Source of the DNA: a phage
Strand: one strand, 5' to 3'
DNA: 64,000 bases
Sequence record: PZ171032.1
Part shown: positions 46,914-56,977 of the stretch, piece by piece
Layout: each line of letters starts with the position of its first letter
Numbering within the stretch: position 1 is the stretch's first letter
Notes under the pieces: model-generated
Database searches by the model: none
What the model was told of the DNA's origin: nothing
Seen by the model: the letters and a program-made list of their open reading frames with translations, nothing else
Translations under genes and position numbers: made by a program

Positions 46914-47281
46914 CAGCCGTAGTTAACCTCCAGAACCTTACCTGCCAGCTTAATCATCTCCAGCAGATGCCCTGCAAACACAACATCAGGGTTAAGCTTA
47001 TCCACACCATCTACGGTAATATCTTCGAACAAGATTTTAAATAACTCTTCAATAGAGCTATCATCGAGTTCTTGGAACAGGTAAGCCAGAGCAGTAGGAA
47101 GGACCTCTGCCATATTCTGACCACCAGAGATAATAGATCCACCGATAGCACCTAGCGGGACAGCCACAATCTTACCGATTTTAGGCATGTTTTTCATTGC
47201 TTTCATCGGTCCCCAGTGGGTGATCACGAAGTTGTGCCCTGCTAAATCAATCTCTGTTGTAGGTCTAAAGTTTATAGCCAT
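46808..47281 (-). CDS. tail assembly chaperone (G-like)
   Basis: 157 aa, acidic C-terminus (TPEEQE); slippery heptamer T_TTT_TTC inside its 3' part. Confidence 0.6.
   Translation of the reverse strand: MAINFRPTTEIDLAGHNFVITHWGPMKAMKNMPKIGKIVAVPLGAIGGSIISGGQNMAEVLPTALAYLFQELDDSSIEELFKILFEDITVDGVDKLNPDVVFAGHLLEMIKLAGKVLEVNYGCFFTQDGLGSLLEMLQQMGMIQQVNNLDQTPEEQE
46907..46913 (-). promoter_or_regulatory. programmed -1 ribosomal frameshift slippery heptamer T_TTT_TTC
   Basis: Minus-strand codons TGT TTT TTC (Cys-Phe-Phe of GCFFTQDG) form X_XXY_YYZ; -1 frame downstream has no stop until 46548. Confidence 0.55.
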
Positions 47282-47443
47282 TTTATAGCATCCTTATTAG
47301 TCATGTTGTGCACCATATTTGTGTATTTTACCATGATTATGGTGCATTGTCAATTTAACCTTTCAAGCAATTCAAGAACGTGTGTCAAAACCATAAAAGC
47401 AAAAAGCCCCACCCGAAGGTGAGGCTTATGCTAAAGTGTGCCC

Positions 47444-47917
47444 TTAGATAATACCTGCAAGACCTGCGAGGCCAGTAAGAGCACCAGTGATGTTATCACG
47501 GTTGAGCCATGCATCCAGAATACCGATATCCCAGTCCAGTTGGCCTACTTCGGTTCCGTAAGTCAGGTCAGGCTGTTTCTGGATCCAACCGATTGTGGAA
47601 ATACCAGGACCCTGGCTACCTTCCAGCAGAACCGGGAAGAATACCAGACCAGTAATCGATGCCTGTTTCTGCCAGTCAGAAAGGTAAGCGTTCCATACAG
47701 AAGTGTTCTGCAAAGACACGGTCATAACACCAGATTGGTTACGGGACAGAGCTGCAGACATTTCACCATCCACACCAACGTGAGGATAAATGTTGTCTTC
47801 GTTTCTTGAAACAACAATCTTGGTGTCAGCAGCGAAGCCAGTGACACGCTGCTGCATCAGATACAGTTTGACCTTTTTAGGGTCATACGCATAAGGAGTT
47901 AAAATTTGAGTTTCCAT
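47444..47917 (-). CDS. tail tube protein (putative)
   Basis: 157 aa; immediately upstream of chaperone pair and downstream of 458-aa gene. Confidence 0.45.
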   Translation of the reverse strand: METQILTPYAYDPKKVKLYLMQQRVTGFAADTKIVVSRNEDNIYPHVGVDGEMSAALSRNQSGVMTVSLQNTSVWNAYLSDWQKQASITGLVFFPVLLEGSQGPGISTIGWIQKQPDLTYGTEVGQLDWDIGILDAWLNRDNITGALTGLAGLAGII

Positions 47918-47927
47918 CTAGGCTTCC

Positions 47928-49304
47928 TTATTCAGTCATTGCAACAGCATTGGTGGATTTAGAACCAACTTTGTCCAGAAGGACGTTGATCCGGATACGA
48001 ACGAAGTGCAGGGCGTTGTTATACACCAGTTCTACTTTCACACCTTCCAGAACACGAGCAGCCAACTGATTGGTTGGGATTTCTGCACGTTTAGGAACTG
48101 TGATGATCGGGTCGTAGAATACATTATTGTCTTCGTCGAAACCCGTCAGGATCGCACCATTCTTAATGCCAGTGTTGATTGGGTTGTTCATCAAGACAGA
48201 TTTGATAACCGGAAGATCATCATCAGACATCTTCATGCTTAAACCCATATTGGAGCGACGATGCATGTACCCAAACATGGATTCTTCAGATCTGAACTTG
48301 ATCCAGTGTGCAAAACGAATAGCGTCTGCATACTGACCTGAAGCACACTTGCCTTCCCAGAAAGCACCAACACCATTAATCATTCTGTAGAAGTTAACGT
48401 GGTTTTCCCAAATCGCCATACGCTGAGTTAAAGTCAGAGATGGGGCAATCACACCCGGCATCTGTTTTAAGTGCAAGCTGTCACCGTAAGACGGATCGTT
48501 GGATGCCATAGCGCCTACGATACCACCCTCTGGAAAATCTTTATCAGCACGAGGATCGTACATGCCAACACTGTCATACTGTGCAGCCATTAGCTTGGTG
48601 GCGATGTTATTATCTTTACCAGTCACATCTTCTGCAGTAGAGTAGACATGCAGCTTGTAGTTAGCCTGAGCCCACTTAGCACATGCTTCAATGTCGGTGT
48701 GGTCTTCATGGCACAGGAAGTACCAATTGTCACGCTCAGCATTGATCTTATCAACTACTGTCGAAGGTTTTTCAGCATTGGCGATATTTTTGATTGTATA
48801 GTTACCGGTATGATAACCAACAGTGCAGTCACCAGTGATGGTGAGAACACCTTCATCAGCCTCTACAGTGATATCGTTCAAGCTATCATCTGCTTCAATT
48901 TTAGTCTTCATTGACTCTGCAATCTGAGTTGCACCTGTTCCACCAGAGATAGGCACTATCAAAGAAGTATTGTAGCTACCTTTTGCAATAGTCATTACGA
49001 CATCGGTATCAGCTGCGGCAGCAATACCTTTAAAATCTACAGTGGTCTTTTCTTTGGCCTGTCTGCCGATCATAACATATTGTGGAGGGAATACACCACC
49101 AAAAGCTTTTGCTGCAAACTCATACGCTGCAGAGCCTTGTGCGAAACCATCTTCCACCATCTGGTCCAGCTCAGCATATACGCGAGCTCGCTCAGTAAAG
49201 TTATTGTGGATAGCGATGAACAGGGGAGTTTCGAAACCTACAGTGTCAATAGGCTGGGTTCCGAGGTTAACTGTAACATCTACCACTTTATCTAAATATG
49301 GCAT
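47928..49304 (-). CDS. tail sheath protein (putative; alternatively large major tail protein)
   Basis: 458 aa; order sheath-tube-chaperone-TMP, baseplate spike/hub-like genes downstream, strong AAGAGGAAACA RBS; no motif-level proof. Confidence 0.4.
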   Translation of the reverse strand: MPYLDKVVDVTVNLGTQPIDTVGFETPLFIAIHNNFTERARVYAELDQMVEDGFAQGSAAYEFAAKAFGGVFPPQYVMIGRQAKEKTTVDFKGIAAAADTDVVMTIAKGSYNTSLIVPISGGTGATQIAESMKTKIEADDSLNDITVEADEGVLTITGDCTVGYHTGNYTIKNIANAEKPSTVVDKINAERDNWYFLCHEDHTDIEACAKWAQANYKLHVYSTAEDVTGKDNNIATKLMAAQYDSVGMYDPRADKDFPEGGIVGAMASNDPSYGDSLHLKQMPGVIAPSLTLTQRMAIWENHVNFYRMINGVGAFWEGKCASGQYADAIRFAHWIKFRSEESMFGYMHRRSNMGLSMKMSDDDLPVIKSVLMNNPINTGIKNGAILTGFDEDNNVFYDPIITVPKRAEIPTNQLAARVLEGVKVELVYNNALHFVRIRINVLLDKVGSKSTNAVAMTE

Positions 49305-49344
49305 TTGTTTCCTCTTAATATCTGTGCACGGATATCAAACACGC

Positions 49345-49373
49345 AGTGTAATCATTACACTACACAATTATAA
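49345..49373 (-). promoter_or_regulatory. possible late promoter region: -10 TATAAT plus 8-bp perfect palindrome AGTGTAAT-c-ATTACACT in 5' leader
   Basis: Minus strand reads cgTTATAATtgtgtAGTGTAATgATTACACTgcg between neck gene stop and 458-aa gene start; no clear -35. Confidence 0.35.
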
Positions 49374-49376
49374 CGA

Positions 49377-49928
49377 TTACTGACCGCTGTCTGTAACCGC
49401 TTGACCAGCATCGGGTGAAGGGAAATGTGTGGTTACTTCAGCCTTGATTCCCTGGAGATCTTCAAAAGCCCCAATGTCTGTCTCAACAAACCTTACGTTA
49501 AATGTCAGCATTACTGTGGCTCTATTTTCATACGTCTGCTTATTCAACGGCACCCTTTGAGGTGAGATTGTTGAATTGTTGGAGTAGGCAAAGCACGACC
49601 CCAGAGGGAAATACTTGTCATAAAACATTGGAAGATTTATTGCTTGCAATACTCTACTCAGTGCAGCATATGCCCTGCCACGATAAGCTGTTAACAGATA
49701 AGTAACAGTGTAACTGTGGGTGACGTAAGCATTACCCTCCGCATCTTGAAACTCATTGTCTTCCCAAGTGGTGGGGTTGATCGCCAAAGTTTGTAAAAGT
49801 ACAAACTCACCTTCCGGCTTCGGTATAGTAGAACTTTCTGCCAGAACCACAGTTCTTCCTGTAGCAACCTTGACGAGTTTAGCAATAGTGGTTTCAAGAT
49901 CAGAAAAAACTTTTTCGAAAGCTTCCAT
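49377..49928 (-). CDS. neck / tail completion protein (putative)
   Basis: 183 aa; between head module and tail sheath/tube genes. Confidence 0.4.
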   Translation of the reverse strand: MEAFEKVFSDLETTIAKLVKVATGRTVVLAESSTIPKPEGEFVLLQTLAINPTTWEDNEFQDAEGNAYVTHSYTVTYLLTAYRGRAYAALSRVLQAINLPMFYDKYFPLGSCFAYSNNSTISPQRVPLNKQTYENRATVMLTFNVRFVETDIGAFEDLQGIKAEVTTHFPSPDAGQAVTDSGQ

Positions 49929-50353
49929 TAGTTTTCTCCTTCAGGCTCTTCTACCACAAAAAATCTATATCTCCCCCCGCCAGACGTGACATATGCATCA
50001 CACTTTAAAACGGTAAACCATTTCAAGTCACCACGGATGTCAGGCAGTTGAATTTGATCAGCCATTGCATACGTTCCTTCATCTGGACTATACAACTTGG
50101 TTGATGAGTAAACTGTAAAAGCCTCATACTGTCTGTCACCTTCAGGGTTTATTTGAGAGGAGTAATCTTTAGCTGCCCTTCCTGTCAACGGCTGCACAAC
50201 ACACTCTAAGACATCAAACTCTTCATACTCAAGTTCTAACCCCTCGTTGACAAAAGGCCCACCAGTTGTTTTGTTATACACTCTGTGGCGACCTTTGAAT
50301 GTTTTACGAGGTATTAGCCTGTTCTTTCCTATCAGCCTATAACCTGCTGCCAC
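49928..50353 (-). CDS. head-tail joining protein (putative)
   Basis: 141 aa; coupled to downstream gene. Confidence 0.4.
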   Translation of the reverse strand: MAAGYRLIGKNRLIPRKTFKGRHRVYNKTTGGPFVNEGLELEYEEFDVLECVVQPLTGRAAKDYSSQINPEGDRQYEAFTVYSSTKLYSPDEGTYAMADQIQLPDIRGDLKWFTVLKCDAYVTSGGGRYRFFVVEEPEGEN

Positions 50354-50362
50354 TCAACCCCC

Positions 50363-50827
50363 TTATTTTTGCTGTCCGATTTTAAAGGTTGCAGATTCAA
50401 GCAGCACATCGTAATGCCGCATAGCTTCGTTGAAGCCCTTCTCTTGTGCCCACTGCTCACTAACCGTAGGATTACTAAACTGCCCAGCCTCAATAACAAA
50501 CTGGATAGCTTTGGCCCCTGTATCCCCCATCTGCCTGAGAATGGCCTCTGCACTTGACCCTCTAGCCATAGCTCTCAACAATTTTTCTGTTAAGGTCTGC
50601 AGTTGAGTGCTGTGAAATGCAAAGGCTGTCTCCATAAAATTGCGAACAGGCAGCCCGTTCCAACCGAAGTTGTGAATAGCTGCCAATGTCGCCATATTTA
50701 AGCCCGAAGGGTGAGGTTCGTCATAAAAGCCGTAGGTTATTGTTTTGCTCTCAAGTTTCACAAGTTCTTTGTAAAAGCGATCTAAACGCTTTAGGTTGAA
50801 CCTTGTTTGACATTTAACCTTTAGCAT
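50363..50827 (-). CDS. head-tail connector/adaptor protein (putative)
   Basis: 154 aa; position. Confidence 0.4.
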   Translation of the reverse strand: MLKVKCQTRFNLKRLDRFYKELVKLESKTITYGFYDEPHPSGLNMATLAAIHNFGWNGLPVRNFMETAFAFHSTQLQTLTEKLLRAMARGSSAEAILRQMGDTGAKAIQFVIEAGQFSNPTVSEQWAQEKGFNEAMRHYDVLLESATFKIGQQK

Positions 50828-50881
50828 TATTATTCCTCACTAATGTATTTTACCACAAAGATGAATCAAAAGCAACAATTT

Positions 50882-51502
50882 TTAAAAGCTGCGTTTGCGT
50901 CTCGGGTGGCGAGGAGGTTGGTTATTTAGACCACTGATAGGTGTAATCCCCTGGACATCGAACGGTCCGTTGCTGTTTTCATTAAATTTAACCCGAATTC
51001 CTTCATCTACACGAACACCACCAATGATAATCATTCTGCTGTAAGCATCTAGCTCAGAGTCTACATAGTCTGGGTGTGCCAGCAGCCAATCAAGGAAATC
51101 TTTCCATTGGGCGTAGGAAGATCCACCACGAATCTCTATGGTCTCATCCCCTATTTTTTCCAGACGGGAAGTTATACTTGCATTACCGCTGGACACTTCC
51201 TGCATCATCAGCCACCGCACAAGCTGCACAAGCACATTGTACTTAAGCAGAGGTAGCTTATCAGGATCTGCCGGATAATTTAGTTTCAGCTTCTCCATGT
51301 CAAGGAATGTTTTAATTACCTCGTCAGAGAGGGTTTCCTCATCAACATTGCCAAGCAACAACCTAATAATATTAATAAGAGGTTGGTCTGGATCAGGTTC
51401 CGGAGGTACAGGATCTTCTTTTGGTGGTTCTTCTGGGGTATCAACTACACCATCATGGTTAGGCGGGGACGGGATAATCTCTTCATCTTCATACCATGCC
51501 AT
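50882..51502 (-). CDS. head completion protein (hypothetical), start refined
   Basis: ORF track 50882..51559; internal Met (MAWYEDEE) chosen; Pro/Glu-rich linker. Confidence 0.4.
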   Translation of the reverse strand: MAWYEDEEIIPSPPNHDGVVDTPEEPPKEDPVPPEPDPDQPLINIIRLLLGNVDEETLSDEVIKTFLDMEKLKLNYPADPDKLPLLKYNVLVQLVRWLMMQEVSSGNASITSRLEKIGDETIEIRGGSSYAQWKDFLDWLLAHPDYVDSELDAYSRMIIIGGVRVDEGIRVKFNENSNGPFDVQGITPISGLNNQPPRHPRRKRSF

Positions 51503-51561
51503 TTGAAAATACCTCGTAAAAATAAAGCCCCATTCCTGATTTGGAAGGGGCCTTAACAAAA

Positions 51562-52407
51562 TTATGCCAGTGCAGCCTCAAAATCTTTCATCATATTTTG
51601 GAAAGTTTTTGCCTTACTTAAGGTAACACCGTACTCTTTGGCGAAGGTTTGGAGTGCATCTTTTGAACCACTTTTGTCATCTTCGTTGTTAAGAGCTGCT
51701 GCCTGCTGTAGTATGGCATCAACATCACTACGAGAAGATCTTGATTCTTGTGCCTGTTCAGGATCCTGCTCAGTGCCTTCCTCAGGTACAGTCGGGCCTT
51801 GGGATTCTTCACCACCACCAGGTTCAGTAGGACCTACAGGCGGCTCCGGCTCTGGTTCAGGCGGTGGAGCTATCGTAGAGACCAGTCCAAGATTTACAAC
51901 CTGAGAACGTTTCTTAGGCCACTCAATGGTGAAAGTTTGGGTATCTTCTTCATAAACAATGTTGCATTCCTCATCGTTTATGGTCACTTTTTTAGGCATC
52001 CCTACAGGGTCCCATAGATGGCCCTCTGCCACGGAAACTTGGAAAGCCGCATCTACCTCTTTAAACACTGACGGGGTGAGTGTGATATTGACATCCCCGC
52101 TTTGCAGTGTTAAAGTGCTTTCATCAAGGTTCTCTGTGAAGAACAGAAGAATAACACCCATACGGATAGTTGAAATACCAGTATCAATTGGCAGGCCTGT
52201 GTGTTTTGCAATCTTCTCGAAGAAGTCTACAATCGTTCTACATGGATAGTGAACACTGCCGATAACGAATTCTGTTGGTGGCAGCAGGGCTGATAAACCA
52301 ACATTGATTTCTGGGTTATATTGTGCTAAAAATTGATAAAAACTTAACTGATTGTTGAAAACTCTTAATAGAGGATCATACTCAACTGGATATACGGCTC
52401 TCTTCAC
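51562..52407 (-). CDS. virion structural protein with Pro/Glu-rich linker (hypothetical)
   Basis: 281 aa; PPPEPEPEPPVGPTEPGGGEESQG linker; directly after capsid terminator. Confidence 0.45.
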   Translation of the reverse strand: MKRAVYPVEYDPLLRVFNNQLSFYQFLAQYNPEINVGLSALLPPTEFVIGSVHYPCRTIVDFFEKIAKHTGLPIDTGISTIRMGVILLFFTENLDESTLTLQSGDVNITLTPSVFKEVDAAFQVSVAEGHLWDPVGMPKKVTINDEECNIVYEEDTQTFTIEWPKKRSQVVNLGLVSTIAPPPEPEPEPPVGPTEPGGGEESQGPTVPEEGTEQDPEQAQESRSSRSDVDAILQQAAALNNEDDKSGSKDALQTFAKEYGVTLSKAKTFQNMMKDFEAALA

Positions 52408-52427
52408 GGGACACTCCTGTTAAACCC

Positions 52428-52465
52428 TAATAAATAAAAAGGGGAGGGGAGAACCCCCTCCCCAT
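52428..52465 (-). terminator. strong rho-independent terminator after major capsid gene
   Basis: Perfect 9-bp stem GGGGAGGGG/CCCCTCCCC with 5-nt loop, followed on minus strand by UUUUUAUUUAUU; A-run on other side. Confidence 0.7.
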
Positions 52466-52487
52466 ATGGGATGAATCACCTTAGTGA

Positions 52488-53498
52488 TTAGCCACCGTTT
52501 TTCAGAGTTACTTTAACAACCAGCTCTGGGCGGGTGTTAACTGCCAGCATAGAAGTTTCAGATTCAATCTTCTCTTCACGCAGGTATGCAGAGTGTTTGT
52601 ACCACATGTACAGTTCCTGTGCTGGAGTGTTTGCTTCGTTAACATCGTCTGCCGGAGCAAAGTGCAGCTGGAACATCTGATCAATACCCATCGGCAGGAT
52701 GCGAGCCTCTTTCTTAGGAATATTGCCAGAGATATCTTCGATAAAGGTGATACCTTTATGCTCAAACACACGGTATACGCTGTCTTGACCGCCAGCACCC
52801 AGACGGCGACGCAGAGGTTCCTGAGCAGAGCCGTAATAGGTGTATGCCAGTTCTACCAGAGGATGATGGGTAATAGCACTGAAGAACTCTGGTGAGCACA
52901 GGGCTACAATACGATAGCCAGCTGCGTTATCGCCAGCTTGCAGCGCGATGTGCAGACGAGCTTCTTCCAGAACCTCCATCGGATCCTGATCTGCTTTTGC
53001 AGGGTCAATCTCAACAGACTTCTGAGAAACACCCCACAGAGTGTAGTAGTCATACTGACAGGTTGTGTCGCCAGGTGCATAGGATTTACCCAGAATAGCC
53101 TGGAACAGCGCCTTCTCACGCAGTGCTTCATGAGAAACACGGATACGGCGAACAACGCGGGTTACTACATCCTGAACAGTTTTCGGAGCATCAGGGGTGA
53201 AGTAACGACGGAAGTTCTGAACATCTGCTGCGGTGATGCCTTTGTCCAGAGGGAAGAACGGGATGTTCAGGTTTTTAACCTGAGCACGTTCACTACCAAC
53301 GTAGTTACGCTCACCGCCACGACGGCGTGCCGGAATGTCGGTTACAACTTCATCAACACGCTCAATCTGGGCAATTGTTGAGGTGCCGAGACGGGTTTCG
53401 AACAGATCCATACCAGTAATCAGGCGGAATTGACGCGGAACAAGGTCCAGAGTAGCACCTAAATCAACAATGCCAAATTCATCTTTACGAGTAATCAT
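52488..53498 (-). CDS. major capsid protein (lambda gpE-like family)
   Basis: 336 aa (lambda E is 341); follows D-like decoration gene; strong terminator downstream; sequence resemblance to E family is recalled, not computed. Confidence 0.65.
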   Translation of the reverse strand: MITRKDEFGIVDLGATLDLVPRQFRLITGMDLFETRLGTSTIAQIERVDEVVTDIPARRRGGERNYVGSERAQVKNLNIPFFPLDKGITAADVQNFRRYFTPDAPKTVQDVVTRVVRRIRVSHEALREKALFQAILGKSYAPGDTTCQYDYYTLWGVSQKSVEIDPAKADQDPMEVLEEARLHIALQAGDNAAGYRIVALCSPEFFSAITHHPLVELAYTYYGSAQEPLRRRLGAGGQDSVYRVFEHKGITFIEDISGNIPKKEARILPMGIDQMFQLHFAPADDVNEANTPAQELYMWYKHSAYLREEKIESETSMLAVNTRPELVVKVTLKNGG

Positions 53499-53546
53499 TT
53501 ATTTCTCCAAAGTAAAACTTAAATATTTTCCCGAACAATTTAGGGC

Positions 53547-53936
53547 TTACTCTTCACCAAGAGTCTGGACGTGAACTTTGTTACCCAGAGCTTCCAGCTT
53601 TTCAAGAACAGCCTGCTTAGCTGCTTCACCGTTAGACCCCAGCAGCTTATCTTTTGCAAAGGTAACACCGTGAACTGCAACAACCAGTTTATATTTCTGA
53701 CCTGTTTGCAGAGGCTCAGCGAGATGAACTTTTCCTGCATCTTTTACCAGAGCTCGGTCTACGAGAACGCCATAAACGTCTGAGCCATCATCGTTAGCGA
53801 TAGTGCCAGTTTTTGTTACAACAGTACCAGCATGATGGTGCTCTGTCAGTGTAATTTCCATCTCTTTAAAATTGTAGCCAGCATCGCTAGAATCAACTTT
53901 GCCGAGCACGATATCAGAATATTGAGCGGTAATCAT
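53547..53936 (-). CDS. head decoration protein (lambda gpD-like)
   Basis: 129 aa, small beta-rich protein immediately upstream of capsid gene. Confidence 0.6.
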   Translation of the reverse strand: MITAQYSDIVLGKVDSSDAGYNFKEMEITLTEHHHAGTVVTKTGTIANDDGSDVYGVLVDRALVKDAGKVHLAEPLQTGQKYKLVVAVHGVTFAKDKLLGSNGEAAKQAVLEKLEALGNKVHVQTLGEE

Positions 53937-53956
53937 TTATTTCCCCCGTTAATGTC

Positions 53957-54934
53957 TTATTTGTTAGATTCTGCACGTGCACGAGCAAGTGCTTTTGCAA
54001 CGTTTTCAGCAAGAATTTCTTCTGCGGATTTTGCAATATCATCCACAACAGGTTCGCCATCATTACCATGTTCAGTGGTGGCAAACTCTTCTTTGGTTTT
54101 ATGCACCTCTGCTTCCAGCTCTTCAATTTTTGCTTGAGCTTTCTCCAGCATAGCTACGATAGGTTCGTTAGCTTTTTCCAGCATGAAGTCAACCAGGGTT
54201 GCATGATCTTCTTCACCAACAAAGCTTAAAGCTTGAGCCTTAGTCAGCATTTTAGCTTTTTCAACTTCAACCTGGGCCTTGATGATTTCTTCAGCTTTAC
54301 TCTGGGTTGCTTTCAGCTCTTCTACTTGCTTCAGCAGATCCAGATACTCTTTAGTTTTGGTTACGTCCACCGGATTCTCCTCGGTATTTGCGGATTTTGC
54401 AACATCATCCACCTCGGTAGTTTTATCCACCTCAGCAGGTTCCTGTACCGCCTTGATCAGGTTCCCTTCTTTATCGAAGAGATCAGCGGTTACTTGTTCA
54501 AAAATCTGTTGTGTTTTTAACAGGCTGTACTGATCTACCACACTAAGCTGCTTGCCTTCTTTTGCAGCCTTATGAATGGTCACGTTATCACAACGCTCTT
54601 CCAGCCATGCAATACAAGACTCTGCGTCAGCTTGCGCCCATTCCCAATCAGGATGCTCTTTAGCCCAAGCCTCCTCTTCAATCTCAAAACCAAGCATGTG
54701 TGCAAGTGCTTTAGCATCATCATACCACATATCGAAGAAACGACGCAGGTATTCTTCAAAACTAAGCTCCACAGTAACTTGGCGAAGTGCCTTAACAATA
54801 TCGTCTGTTAACTGCTCAGGCTTAAGATCACTCTTCATCAAAAGAGATACAGGTCTGTTGTTAGCGCTATAGCCTTGCGCCTTATGGCACAGGGCAATCC
54901 CCTTCTCTTTAATAGTAATCGTTTTTTCAGACAT
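53957..54934 (-). CDS. scaffolding protein (putative)
   Basis: 325 aa; long acidic Glu/Lys/Ala-rich C-terminal coiled-coil; between portal-proximal gene and decoration/capsid. Confidence 0.5.
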   Translation of the reverse strand: MSEKTITIKEKGIALCHKAQGYSANNRPVSLLMKSDLKPEQLTDDIVKALRQVTVELSFEEYLRRFFDMWYDDAKALAHMLGFEIEEEAWAKEHPDWEWAQADAESCIAWLEERCDNVTIHKAAKEGKQLSVVDQYSLLKTQQIFEQVTADLFDKEGNLIKAVQEPAEVDKTTEVDDVAKSANTEENPVDVTKTKEYLDLLKQVEELKATQSKAEEIIKAQVEVEKAKMLTKAQALSFVGEEDHATLVDFMLEKANEPIVAMLEKAQAKIEELEAEVHKTKEEFATTEHGNDGEPVVDDIAKSAEEILAENVAKALARARAESNK

Positions 54935-55365
54935 TATTCATTGCCCTCTTCTACAACACTGATCCCGAAGTTTACGTTGGTAATTTCACCAGTTTCTTCA
55001 TCAACATTACCTGTTGCCTGAATGCTTAGGCCACCAACAATGCCAGCCTTCTTAGCTTCCCATAATTCAGGATTATTGTATTTAACTTTAGCAACCCAAG
55101 AGCCAGCCTTGATGACCTGCTCAGTGCCAATTACTACAACATCAAACTCTTCTTGAATCCACGTCTTTTCAATAGTGAAAGCATCTGTAGAGGTCAAGTG
55201 AAAAAGGTTTTCAGAAACTAGGCCTGCGGCGTATGCTGCGTCCCAGTTATCTTTAGCCTTTTTGATGGTGTCTTTACTCATCCACTCACCGTGAGCATCT
55301 TTAGTGTCAGGCTCGTAGATGATTTCGTAGGAAATCATTTCTTCCTGTGGCATCTTATTCCCCAT
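54934..55365 (-). CDS. head morphogenesis protein (possible prohead protease), start refined
   Basis: ORF track 54934..55509 would overlap portal by 88 nt; internal Met at about 55365 chosen. Confidence 0.35.
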   Translation of the reverse strand: MGNKMPQEEMISYEIIYEPDTKDAHGEWMSKDTIKKAKDNWDAAYAAGLVSENLFHLTSTDAFTIEKTWIQEEFDVVVIGTEQVIKAGSWVAKVKYNNPELWEAKKAGIVGGLSIQATGNVDEETGEITNVNFGISVVEEGNE

Positions 55366-55420
55366 GTGGATTATTTTATCACGCCAAAGGAGGTTTTGCA
55401 ACCCCCTGTGTTGATAATTT

Positions 55421-56977
55421 TTAATTTTCCATGTTGGATATGGAATTATCTCTGGTTGATGACATCTTAGAAGTGCCGTTGCCAGTGGATCCTGCAGCCA
55501 TTCCATCACCAGCCCTACTGATGTCCTGGCCCAAGAGCTTCATCAGCTCTTCCTGATCCATGTCCTCGTCAAATCTTTCATCAAACCCGCCTACTTCAAG
55601 AATCTTATTAATTACTGCAGGAGTTTTTGGCAAGTAACCTACAGCACCGATCCTCTGGACAAACTTGGAGAAGCTCTCCATATCCACTTCTTCAATCAGA
55701 CCAGGTTTCAGTTTAGGCATATCATCATCTTCAAGGATGATACCATTCAATGCCAGAAGCTGCGGAATAAGATCTTTATTGAAGGCCTCAGTGATAATAT
55801 CTATATCACGCTGAACAAAATGACCATGGATAGACTGTTTTGACTCAGACAGAGAGAAGGACCCAACGTTATCGTTACCGAGGTTAATAAAGCCAGCACC
55901 GAAACGGTCAAGAATCGCCTTCTTACGGGCATCAATCAAATCTTTAGTGGAATACTGCTTACCCATACCGTCAACCCCCTTCAGGGTCATGGAGTAAAGC
56001 TCTTTACCAGACTTATCTCTATCAGACGGAAGTATAAAGAAACTTTGCTCACCACTATGGGCGTTTGCTGCGTCAAGCATAAGGTCTGCAACCATTCTCC
56101 CTTCCATTGAATTCGGGTCAATGCTGGCCTTGTTCAAAATATTGGAAGGAATTTTCAGCTCAAGCACACCACCAAGGTCTTTGGAACAGCCAACAACCTC
56201 AAGGTTTTCAATCAGAACTTTCTCACGGAAAGATCTGTAGCAACCTATCATCGGTGACACACCTGCAGGGTTAGATTCTGTTCCTGACAGGGTCATGAGC
56301 ATAAGCTTTTTAGCAGGGATGAAAATTTCAGGCTCATTAAAGCCTTTTGAAGGCATTGCAGCAAGAGGTCCAGCCCAGCGTGCATTCTGAGTGTTTAGAA
56401 ATGCATTAGGTGATTGATAAATACCTGTCAGTGTTCTACTATTCTTGTCAAAGACAAACGGCTCTGATCTGGACAAACTGGCCTGAGGTCGGAATGCAAT
56501 TTTATCAATAAGAAGCATCCCGGCATATTTACCTTCTTTCTCTCTGCGGTATACTTTCTCAAACAGTGAAAAACCATACTCGTTAAAGGTAGCTGCACTT
56601 CTTGCAATATCTCGAAGAGTTTGTTGGTTTGCCAAATTACGCAAAGAATACTCTATAAGCTCGGCAGCTTTCTTAGAGTCTTCACTTTTAACATTATAAA
56701 GGATCTTAAAATCATTAAATGCTTTCGTGATGAAAACATATTTTGTATCTAAGGCAGTAGCAACTGTGGAATCACATTTCATAGTCTCCACTGTAGCAAT
56801 CAGCTGAGGCCAACGCAATTCCTCAACCATCATAGATTGCGATTCTGCCATAATTTGGGAAAGTGCGCCAGAACCGATCTCACTCATACGAACATTATGA
56901 GTTGGTGCGCCTGCGTTCCCAGATTTATTCACAGTTTTGGCTGTGGCGTTGTGTTTCCTGCGGTTCTTTTTGGACAC
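55421..56977 (-). CDS. portal protein
   Basis: 518 aa; immediately downstream of terminase large subunit; basic N-terminus, acidic C-terminus. Confidence 0.7.
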   Translation of the reverse strand: MSKKNRRKHNATAKTVNKSGNAGAPTHNVRMSEIGSGALSQIMAESQSMMVEELRWPQLIATVETMKCDSTVATALDTKYVFITKAFNDFKILYNVKSEDSKKAAELIEYSLRNLANQQTLRDIARSAATFNEYGFSLFEKVYRREKEGKYAGMLLIDKIAFRPQASLSRSEPFVFDKNSRTLTGIYQSPNAFLNTQNARWAGPLAAMPSKGFNEPEIFIPAKKLMLMTLSGTESNPAGVSPMIGCYRSFREKVLIENLEVVGCSKDLGGVLELKIPSNILNKASIDPNSMEGRMVADLMLDAANAHSGEQSFFILPSDRDKSGKELYSMTLKGVDGMGKQYSTKDLIDARKKAILDRFGAGFINLGNDNVGSFSLSESKQSIHGHFVQRDIDIITEAFNKDLIPQLLALNGIILEDDDMPKLKPGLIEEVDMESFSKFVQRIGAVGYLPKTPAVINKILEVGGFDERFDEDMDQEELMKLLGQDISRAGDGMAAGSTGNGTSKMSSTRDNSISNMEN

